From: Takakia lepidozioides
Lineage: Eukaryota; Plantae; Bryophyta
Direction: 5' to 3'
Length of the DNA: 64,000 nucleotides
Assembly: GCA_030704615.1 (NCBI GenBank)
Contig: CM060734.1
Location: 35,588,001-35,652,000 of the forward strand
Shown here: positions 37,840 to 48,291 of the stretch, one piece after another
Position numbering within the stretch: position 1 is the first letter of the stretch
Layout of the letters: every line of letters starts with the position of its first letter
Notes under the pieces: model-generated
Told to the model about the DNA's origin: nothing
The model's database searches: none
Seen by the model: only the letters and a program-made list of their open reading frames with translations
Made by a program: the position numbers and the translations under genes

Positions 37840-38200
37840 TTGAATAAAGGATGGATGAATGTACAGTTGGATGATAAACAGATGGATGAGCGTGAAAAAT
37901 GAATGTAGATGGATGAATGAGGGATGGATAAGAGTAAAATGGATGAATGTATAATGGATGTTGAGCAATGACAAAAATTCATGACAGGAAGATGCATGAC
38001 CAAAACTTTTGACGAATGCACAACATATATGAAATGAGTGTGGAAGGTTTGTGGGGTGGATTAAAGAGTACAGAGGATGAATGTACAATGGATGTTGAAC
38101 AAAGGAAAAAATTCATGAATGGAGCACGCATGAATACACTGTAGATGAATGCACAATGGATATGAGAAGAGTCAGGGAGGTTTGTGAGATGGATTCATAC
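37840..38200 (+). repeat. GGATGAATG-rich subterminal repeat region of the MULE
   Basis: Many GATGAATG/TGGATG motifs, with a ~135-bp tandem duplication starting near 37941 and 38074. Confidence 0.7.
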
Positions 38201-38429
38201 ATATTGCAATTTAAATGAAAGTTGATTCTGTGATTATTATTTGTTCTAAAGGAACAACTACGGTGGAGGAAGGGGATTCAACGTTTTCCAGATAGTATGA
38301 AAATGAATATTAAAAGAATACAGTTCAGTCTGACTCAGAGTCAGTACAATGTATCTCCGCTTCCTCTGCATCTAAATCTAAGTATTTTAGAACACCGGAT
38401 CCACGCTGGATACACCTACGGCTGGCCAC

Positions 38430-41400
38430 TAAAAAGTCAGGGGATAGGGATTCGGCCGCGTGAAGTGCCATTGCTTCGGCATAAACAGGAAGCAGAAAAT
38501 TGGAAAGGGGGCTGTCGAAAACAGACTCGCCAGAAATGACTGTATCTCCTGAAGATCCACCGCTGCCTTTCCTGAAAGACAGCCTGAAAAAATTATTACT
38601 GTAATTTTGATGTTATTGAGAAATTGAGTATGGCTCCCAAAGAGGGTTTAGCACTTACTCACACGAAAAGTCGTTGTCGACCTGCTTATCTTCGAGATCG
38701 TCATCAATTTCGAATTTGAATCCAATCAGTCTGTGTGCCTGAAGTGGAGCCAGACAAAAGGGGGAGGAGCACTGTGTTGTAGAGGTCAGAATCACCCTCC
38801 ATGCCAAAAAGGCTTCTTCCACCTGCCTTGCATGCATGGTAAGTTGCTCCTGCACCAGACAGGAGAACATGAACAGTTTGGTGGGGGGATTTAAGCAGAT
38901 GAAACTGTTGAAAGAAAACCAATTTGGAAGGGAAAAAACGAACCTGTGGACACAGAAAGATCGACCACCCGTGCAGAGCGGTGGCTGCATGACTCCAGCA
39001 GTATTTGCATGAACGCTGGGGACTTTTCCTTTGCACCTCTCCAGGGAGTGCCATCTGGTCTCTTCAGAGTTTGACTGAACTGCATGAAGTTGTACAAAAT
39101 GTCATCGACATGGGGCTCATAGGGGGGGTTGACGAAACAACCCTGGTCAGAAATCTCAAAGCTGCGGATGGAGGATGGTGTCTTTGAGGTGCGAATCCTC
39201 CGCAGGCAGATCGCCTCGAACATCCTCGTCTGCCAAAGATAACAGGTTAGTGTGGTAAACACAATCTATAGTGGAAGTGTGTACATCGGCTATTCAGAAC
39301 TCAGACACAAAAAAATCATGAATCGGTGATGATTGGTGTCGATCATAACACATTCTACTAGAGTGGAGCTGCAGAGAACATTGAAACTCATGATGAAAGC
39401 ACAAGCAGAAGGGAGACGACATACCAGCTGACCAGGGAAACCCCCTTTCACAAGGTAGAGGCTGTTCACACAATTCCATGTGCGCAAAACTTCAAACCCT
39501 GAAGACTTGAGGTATGATGCCAATGCCCGACGACTATCATTGTCACATGACTGAAAAAGCAGAAGTGTCCCTGCATCAGAGAGGAAGTTGTTACAGAACC
39601 CGAACACCCAACTTCAGTAGTTGTCCTCGAATTTGTTCTAGCCTGGCGTCTTGCCCTTTGGAAGAACTTCTGGCACAACCTGGCCATCCGGGATGTCGAG
39701 AATAACAATGTCGGCCGCATAAGTTTTCTGCACACCGCACACGAAGGTGGGACCTGTGCTCACCTGCAACAGACATGTTTTTTATAAGAACGATGGCAAG
39801 AATGTTTTCAAAGAACGAGACTGAAATACTGCCAACGAAACTTTCAGAGAAAAAGGAAAGAAACTGGAATTCTCACCAGATTGAGGAATGAGATTATATT
39901 GTCCCAGGTAGGGGATGGCACCCCAGTGTATCCTCTCTTTCGACTCTGCATCATCAACAGCCAACCCTCATTAACAATTTTCATCTCTCCTGCCGAATCA
40001 GAACGGGAAGGGTGTGGCTTGGCATCGAACACGCACTGAAGAGTGCGGGTATATCTTCCAGCAGTAAAGTCCTGCCCACTCTCCATCTCCTTTTCTTTCT
40101 CCTTCCCCTTGTCCTTTTCCTTCTCTTTGGACTTGTCTTTGTCCTTTGGCTTTGCTGGTGAAATGGCTATGACATCAACAGCCTTGTCTTTTGGTTTGCA
40201 GCCCGCCTTCTTTCCCTTCTGCGGCGTTCCCTGAGCATCAGGCTCCTTGGCAGCCAATGTTGCTATGTTTCGTTGGTACTCTTCGTCAGTCAAAGGCGCC
40301 AGCATCTCAGCGTTATTGTTCAAGTATTTCATATGTTGTTCTTGAAAGGTCGTGTGCTCCGATGGGCAGTCAAGGTACCACCCACAGTCTCTGAAGTGAG
40401 AAGGACTACAGTCCTTCAATATCCCTGCAGTATACATGGTTGGATCGTTTGCAGGGTCCGACCACATGTCAAGATAGTCTGGAATTCTGCTCAGGTGATT
40501 TCCTTCCATAAGCACATATTTCGTGTACCTGAAAAAAGGAGATAAATCCCAACCCACAAAAGCGCTCAGTGAGTAAGATGCAAGTAGAACAGAATGAAAA
40601 AAACATAGATTGAAATAGCTCTGAGAACTGCTCCAAGGACCTTTCAGGACCACACGACTGCTCCAGATGTGAATGTCGTCAACGCCATTCAAAACATTCC
40701 ATTCAATGATACTGTAAATACACCCTAATCCAGGTGAATGCAAACTATCGTTTTGGAATGACACAGACATAGAAGTGAATGTTGTCAACGACATTCACTA
40801 ATCAAGCCTAATTATTCCTCAAATGAAGCAAAATCACAGGATGGAAATCATAAACTCGAGTAAGGAACCCTCCAGGAAAACTCAATGCACATTCATAACG
40901 AACATATCACTGAGGACCTCACAACAACACTGTATGTGAATGGCGTCAACGCCATTCACAAAAATACCAAAAAGAAACCAATTACTTAGCTCCCAATCCA
41001 TGTAAATTCAAATTGTCGTTGTTGAATAATACAGACACAGAAGTGAATGTCGTCAACGACATTCACTTTGGACAGAGCTTATCAAGCCTCCAGATTCCTC
41101 GGAAGAGGCAAAAACAATGCAGAACAACTGAATGTCTGCATTGACATTCAGCAAAATGAAGTGAGGAACCCTCACTGTAACCTCTATGGACATTACAAAA
41201 ATTTACATAACTCTGAGGTCCTCTCAACAACTCCGGATGTAAATGTCGTCAACGCCATTCAAGGACATTATCAATTCTAATCAAGGACACTATAATTACA
41301 CCCTTAGATCCTAACCAGGTGAATTCATATACTCGCTTAAGAATGACTCAGACAAAGAAGTGAATGTCGTCAACGACATTCAATCTGGATCTATGATTGC

Positions 41401-42407
41401 AATCCTTATGAAGCCACATTTTTTCCCAAAAAAAACAGTAGAGTTTCAAGTATGACATTGCACATGTACACAACTCGCGCCATGGCCCACTCTCCTCCAA
41501 CCTGACTGTCAAAGTCGTTGGACCGTAAAATGTTACCATCTTTGGAGAACTCCCGGAAAAAACAGTATCTCCAGGTGAGACCTCTCCACTTCCTTATGTA
41601 TGCCTCCAATGACATTTGGGGAGGGGAAACAATCGAAATGTTCAGGTCCTTCAAAGTCTGATCCAGCACAATGACGGCGCGCTTTTCGAGCTGCAAGTAG
41701 TATATTTGTCAGAATTGCAAATAAGATACTCATAATCGAATGGCGTTAACGACGCTCGCAATTCAGTAGTTCATGTTAAAGAAGGGACGATGAAGGACTC
41801 CTTAAAAAGGCAATCAGACAGACTGTATGATCTGAACAACAGTGAATGACTGTACCGATAGTCACCCACTCATTGTGCGGTAAACCCTTAGCAGAGGAGT
41901 AGAAAGCAAATCACCTTTGTGATGGTCGGTAACGACAATCCCTGTCTGGGACATTCCACTCAATCTCTACGCATATCTTCAACAATGAAATGTAAGTTAG
42001 AGAAAAATTACTGACGCATTCTTAGGTTTTGAAATTGGATCCCCTTCTGCAGCTTTCCTCTTCCCTCTCACATCTGCTGGAATTTCTGTCTGCTCTAGGG
42101 TTTCTGGACCTTCTCCCGGTTCTGCGTTCCGCGTGCTTCCACCTCCTTCAGTGTCCCTGCGAATCATCTCTGCCTCCACAGGCTGGCGCACTCTTATCGC
42201 CGACTGTGTCACAGCCGCTGCCTCAGTCTTCGTCTGCTCTTCTGAATCAGTCTCCGCGTACACCTGCTGCCTTGGCCCTGTGTTCTCCAACAAACGACGC
42301 CTCGTCATTTGCTCTCTTGCTCTACGTCTCTCTCTAAGGGAAGTAAAATAAAGAGACTTTCTTCTCTTTCGTATTGTAGAAGGAACCCTCTTTAGCTTGA
42401 CTACCAC
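38430..42407 (-). pseudogene. Spliced MULE accessory gene; C-terminal domain resembles beta-class N4C/N6A DNA methyltransferases (N6_N4_Mtase-like)
   Basis: In-phase GT-AG exons 40528-39877, 39763-39425, 39229-38944, 38849-~38660 give ADIVILDIPDG..FCNNFLSDAGTLLLF..W..FEAICL..PWRGAKEKSPAFMQILLESCSHRSARVVDLSVSTGATYHACKAGGRSLFGMEGDSDLY. Upstream exons at ~42407-42016, ~41966-41915, ~41690-41480 are less certain. Has premature TAG/TGA codons. Confidence 0.72.
40670..41382. repeat. Array of six 22-bp palindromes TGAATG(T/G)CGT-CA-ACG(A/C)CATTCA in an intron of the accessory gene
   Basis: Copies start at 40670, 40776, 40937, 41044, 41240, 41361; a degenerate copy at 41737. Confidence 0.9.
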
Positions 42408-43163
42408 TCTCTCTCTAAGCGCGAAAAGTAGAAAAACGCAGTGACTCCCGATTTCTTGCGGGATTGCCTGCGTTCTTGCGTGTCTCTAGAAGCATCGGAT
42501 TCCCACTCGCGTGACCGTTACACATAGTCGTTCCCTTATTAGTGCACATGCCAGCAATTGGTGTACAGCTGTTCGTATTCAGTTTTGGATGTCTGACGTG
42601 TGTCGCCCAAAAAAAACGGCGTGTTCTTTATTAGAACGGTTTCAATATTTAAAAATAACAGCGAATCCCAGAAATCTTGGCGCACAGTCTTACACAAATA
42701 AATGTAAATGAACGAGAGTTTGATGGCAAATCTTGGAATATCATACACGGTCATCCTTGTTAGCCAAACCCCTCATTCGTTTCACATTTGGAACTTTCCA
42801 GGTGCGCATGATCATTGGTAGTAGTATAAAGATACATTTACTTATTCTGCAACCCATCCTCAGATCCTGTGGCATGCTTCCAGGAAGTCGGCTTTGTTAT
42901 TGGGTTTATTGATGAGGTTCTGGTTAACGGTTTAACAGCTGCCGACACTGCTCCTAGGGATACTCTGACCACTGGGCTCACAAGAAAAGTAATTAAAATG
43001 GACGGCTGCATATCTGGAAAAAATAACATAATATGCACAGTCGTTGTCTGAGCTTCCTCCGCCATATTCTCTGCTCATTCTTCAACTGTGTTCTGGAGAC
43101 ATCAGTAAACCGATTTACACTAGATCTGCGATAGCAAGGTACAAACGTACGCGTGGAAGGAAG

Positions 43164-46100
43164 ATGGCTTCCTCTGAAGCGGAGTTCTTCTCTGACGACA
43201 AACCAGTGCCGTTCTCCCAGGAAGTCCTTGACAATGGATTTGCAATTGTTCTGGAACATGTCTTGGCTACCCGTTTTCAGCTGCAGAATGGCTCCATCTT
43301 TTTGGAGAAAGAGGTGTACGATCTAAAGGGAAGTTGTTGAAATACTCTTTCCAAAACCGTGATGAGACGGCTCATATCAGCCAGTGGAGAGTGCGTCCTG
43401 GTCGATACAGAGTACTTGGAGAGCCTCGGCGAAAGTCCCTTGGGTCATATGTGACGCCCGGGACTGCTGCTTCGGTCGTTGAAGACAAGAGGGAGGTGGT
43501 GGTGAAAAAAGAACAGATGTCCTCCACTCCAATCGTTGAGCTTTCGGATTCTTCCGATGATGACATAAGTGAAATTCCAAATCCAGTCCTTCCTACTGTG
43601 GTTGGAGAAGCTGATGAAGAAGAGATTTGTAGTGTCATTCCAAAATTGCGGGCGATGGGAGGAATGGCTGGATTCAAAAGTGAGTTGCGGGGAATTGATT
43701 GGGAATCTTTGAAGCAGGTGCCTGTGAAGTTCTTGCCGGAGACTTTTGATGGCGATATCCTATTCGAGCTGCCTCCTCCTCCGCGAGTTGGAGGTGTAAC
43801 AATCATGATGCATGGAATGGACAAGAAACACGACGGGCACCCATGGTGCAGAACAAAAACATCCAATATTCAGAATGATGACAAGCTTGTTTTCAGGAGG
43901 ACAGTTTGCAATGGACACCTTAGGTGTGATAATTTGAATTGCAGACACTTTCTTCAGTCTGGGGTTCATAATCAAAGCGAATGGGAGGGTCTGGCGGAAA
44001 ATCCATTTCAGCCTGGGACTGCCCCTCCACCGGCAAACACTTTCGTCTGCAAATTCTGCAAACTTGTGCCATCCTGCTTTGCGTTCTGCGGAGCAAGAAT
44101 GTACTATGTTGTCCACCGTTTGGAAACAATGACAAAGCTTGTGTGCATTTCGGATTCCATAACCATCCTGTCTCGAAGGGGGATTACAGGGAGAGTGTTG
44201 AGACAGTATCGAGGTTGATCAAACAGGAGTTCGGGAGAAACCCATCCGCAACAACATCTACAATTGCTCTTGGCGCAAACAAGTCTTTCTTGGAAAGCCA
44301 TATTTTGAGTGAAGGGGATTCTGTGGGGACTAAACTTGACGGTGCAGCATTGGACCTGGTCATGGATCATTTCTCCACTTTAAGTTCACCTAACATTCAG
44401 CATCATATCAATGCATTGAGAATGGGCTATGGGATCAGAGGCTACATAGACAATATTTTGGAATTGAAACGAGTGAGCAAGTACGATTACATCCAGGACA
44501 ATGTATTCCCAGGTCAAGGTGCCATCAAAGTTTTTCTTTTCAAAATGTCGACTGTTGGGGAGGGCAGTGGGGTTAGCCTCGTGAAGCGGATGCAGAAGAC
44601 TGGGGACTTGCAGAACTGTTTTCTTATGTTTGATCATGTGAAACGAGTGAAGGATTGGACGACAATGGCTTGTCATGTCTACGATCCAGTGTACCAACGA
44701 GTTATGACAATTACAGTTTGTGACCTGCAATCCGAGGATACGGAATCCCAGAAGCTCATGTGGAATTCCCTGATACATGTCATGGGCTGCCATGGGCTGC
44801 CATCTCCAAATTTCGCAGGTTTCATGGCGGATAGTGCTCAAGCAAATTTCAATGATGTTCGTATTGTCTTCGGATCGGGCGACCCAAAAGTGCCTATGCC
44901 AGGAAGAGAGCGTACATGTCTATTCCATTGGACACAATCTCTGGAAAAACATACAAAGTCGGACATCAAACCAGAGATGCAGACTCAGCACCGTAAATTG
45001 TGCAAAGAGTACAAAGATGCTAGAACAATGAAGGAGGCGGACACTTTGTTCCAGACAATTCGTGCCTGGTGGTTCTCTTCTGGAGCTGCATCACTTGAGA
45101 GTATGAGAGCATTGGAAGATTGGCTGGCGTTTTGGCACTTCCGGTATAGACAGTGGGGAACAGCCATGACAATGGTACGAGGCTTCTATTTCATGCTTTA
45201 TTCATATATTTGCTTTCCATATTTTTGACTCATTGCTTTCTTTATGTTGTTTCCTATGCACTGTTCTGAAGTGTGGTTATCCTCTTTGCAGAACATGTCC
45301 ATTGAGGAAATGGCGGACATGCCATCTTGCAATTTGGCAGAAACTGTGCACAACGCATGGTTGCAGCAGTCTGGGAAACGAGGTCGGCATTTGTATGTGG
45401 CAACAACAGATGATTTGATACGTGTCTTGCAACAACAAACCCGATACCGTGATTTCTTACGAGGTGGGGTTGGTGGCAAGGGTCCGGACAAATGGGAGTT
45501 GATGTTGCGTGCTACAAACAGATCTGGGGATCCAATCAAGATAGCACGGGCGGTGAGCATGTATGCCCAGGGAACGCCCCTTGTTTCTAGAGTTCCACAT
45601 CTTGAAAGGGAGGAGAGATTCGGCTCCTGTAAGAGGAAATTGAACACTCCACCTGGTTCGGATTCAGATTCCCACAGGGCAGACCGTGATAACTTCTCGA
45701 AGCGTCATGTTCCCCTACATGACAGCTCCATGTCCGGAACCTCCATTGTGGAGGAACCTCCAACACGACGGCAAGCTCCAGCATCAAACAGTGCCACTGA
45801 AATGGTGCAGGAGAGAAACAACCCCCTTGATGTGCTTGAGTCCGCATGCCCCGACCACGTTTGGCACATAGAACGCACAAGTGTAGGGTCTCGTGTGAAA
45901 TGTACAGCGATCAGGGCAACTAATTTCGAGAAGTGCACTTCATCTATATCCAGAGGTGGTGCCCGAACTCCTGCTCTGACTTTCACGGGCTTGATGCGTC
46001 CATACGATCAACCATAAGCCAAGAACCACAAGTTCTGGTTCTGCGCAGATGATTGTGCCAGATGTGTGCATAGAACTGTGCATCCTTCCGTAGTGATGAA

Positions 46101-46677
46101 GCCATCTCCTCCAACCGTTTGGCCCGTGAAGGTGGGAACACATCTCAGCTTTCAGGAGATTGAAATGCTGGAGGAGGCAGGTTTTTCCCTTGCGAGACAA
46201 CCCCAACTCCATGCATGTGCTACTACTTCTGTGTCCTCTCGGGTCCCCCCGGCAAATCCTGACTTGTGGCCAACCAAACGAGATGGAAAGCTCGTTCGGC
46301 GTTTCCCTCCAACCGCTGAACACTTTGGCAAAGTGGAGTCCGCAAGAATGCTCCAAGCTCGTGTTGAAAGCACCACGGAAGTACCCGATCCAGGATATGG
46401 TCGGGTATTCACAATCATCACTTCCACATCTGCTATTCATGACAGGACCTACGACATCACGGTTTCCAATTTCCCCAATTGCACATGTCCTGATTTTGTG
46501 AATATGCTATCAACCAGTTTGGGCAAGAGAGGTAAATTCATACCCTGCAAACATTTGTATTTCATATTTTTGAGGAGGATGGTTTGCGATCCCAAACGTG
46601 ACAACTTCATTCACCAGGCCACTATGAGTTTCAACGAGGTTGATACTCTTTTGCATCGGGATACAACACATGGGTAG
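43164..46677 (+). pseudogene. MULE transposase: GCM-like DNA-binding domain, DDE core, SWIM Zn finger; disrupted
   Basis: DGHPW..TSN..CNGHLRC..C..CKFC..C..HFGFHNHP; MFDH..FMADS..CLFH..NLAETVH; CTCPDF..CKH. Intron 45175-45291; frameshifts near 43336 and 44135; in-frame stop at 46015. Confidence 0.88.
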
Positions 46678-47306
46678 CATGAACTATGTAATGTGGTATG
46701 TGGATGACCATGATTTGAAATGTGTAATTCACATCAATTCGTCGGCTGTGCAATGATATGGCCTCCAACTATACGGAGTGAGCTCTGAGTGACAACTTTT
46801 AGGTAGTGCACATTTGTCATTGCACCGTTCGAAGTCTACATGTCTTGCTGTCGATATGCACTACAATCATCTTTTGAAGATGATCCTAACTCTCATTGTT
46901 ATTTGAGGAGGGAGGAAGGTCTTCCCGTGGCAGCCTTTATGGCGCACACTTTGTGAGGATATTTTGTCGTCCTCGTAATTGTAAAAGTGAAACAAGCATT
47001 TGTAATTGCACAATGTTGGATGCTGCAATTGTAGGCCTCAACACTCGTCTTGATTCTATTTAGGCAAGATTCCCTGCATTAATTCCACGGCCATAGGACC
47101 ATCCACGGTTATAGGCGGTGCATGTTAATGCTGACGTGGCAGATGACGGACAGTGCCACGTCATCATTTACCGCCACATCAGCATGCTGACATGACGCTC
47201 ACGCCACGTCAGCGTGTGTGCAGACTCACGCCACGTCACTCGTGCGTGAGCGTACGCTCGCGCGTTCACGCGCAACGCTCACGCCATTGCGTCGTTGCTT
47301 CTTGCC

Positions 47307-47436
47307 TCTCTTACTCTACCTTTGTTTCAGACTGTAGATTCCATGGACCTGACAGGGCAACACCACTCTAGTCTGTAATTTCACTCACCTAACCGTATAC
47401 AGGATACCACGAAAATCTAACATTCCATTTGCTACA
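47307..47436 (-). repeat. 3' LTR of Gypsy 2, part right of the MULE insertion
   Basis: Matches 56103-56223. Confidence 0.88.
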
Positions 47437-48291
47437 ACAAAATCAAAGTTGCAATCTCTCTCTAGGGTTTCATGATGAGAACAACAAGATCTCCCAAAGC
47501 AATAGATGACACTTCAACTTCTTTACTGCCAATCAAATTCAACAGCCTGATTCAGGTGAACATCCCAGCAGCCACCCATTGCATCCTACCTCACCCCAAA
47601 AACTTTCCGTTCCACCTGCCTCGCAACCGCTTATATGCCTTTCTCCATCCCCTCCGGTGATGATCGTCCCGTCCCCTCTGGCAGTTTTTACAGACTGTCT
47701 TCATAACGCCGATGCTATCCTATCTTGGCCCTTAGATTCTCTCTCAGACGCAGATCATCCTCTGCTATTCTAATCGAGCACTCCGGGCATCAAAGCCTCC
47801 TGCAGTTTCTAGATCTGCCATCATTCCCATATCACAAACGCAGCTCACGAGATTGCATGGACCCCCTAAATGACAAATGTTTATGCATAAAGACTCACTG
47901 CTGCTCCACAGATTTCACAAGCCGTATCTGATTCCCAGCAGAAGCTCTTCATCGCAAACCACTTTTTGATGCACATGTCTCCACGAGCCACCTATGTTGT
48001 TATGAAACTAGGGCATATGAATGATATCAACTGCATCATCAGAGCTGCACCAAAAATCATTCATTACTACATTAACACAATGTCACGATACTTAGGAAAA
48101 TTTGCAACACATGAGAGACCATATATTCCCACTACATGTGTAGTGAGTTTTTTTTTTTTAAGGAGACAACGTCCCTGTTGTCCATTGTACCTCCTTCCTT
48201 GGTCACATCCTGCACATACAGTTTAATGTCTCGCCTGCTGCACACCCATATCTTGCCAGCACCATCCTTCAACAAACATTTGCGTTCAACC

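Larger units (their letters stand above)
37635..47297 (+). mobile_element. Mutator-like element (MULE), 9.66 kb, with transposase and divergent accessory gene
   Basis: 9-bp TSD CTTTTTGCC (37626-37634) / CTTCTTGCC (47298-47306); the empty site is visible in the sister LTR (~56094-56102); imperfect TIRs CAGGGATGCCTTGGCGTGAGC / CAACGACGCAATGGCGTGAGC (16/21); subterminal CTCACGCCACGTCA motifs at both ends. Confidence 0.93.

Noticed and set aside
39600-39645. Stop codons restored by RNA editing or readthrough
   Set aside because: Nuclear TE context; similar nonsense changes occur in all elements here and fit C>T/G>A mutational decay.
40529-40794. N-terminal part of ORF 39844-40794 as coding
   Set aside because: It lies upstream of a strong TTTTTTCAG acceptor at 40529 and overlaps the palindrome repeats, so it is most likely intron that is open by chance.
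40670-41382. CRISPR array
   Set aside because: Eukaryotic intron, no cas genes, and spacers are long, variable and homologous to one another (higher-order tandem repeat).
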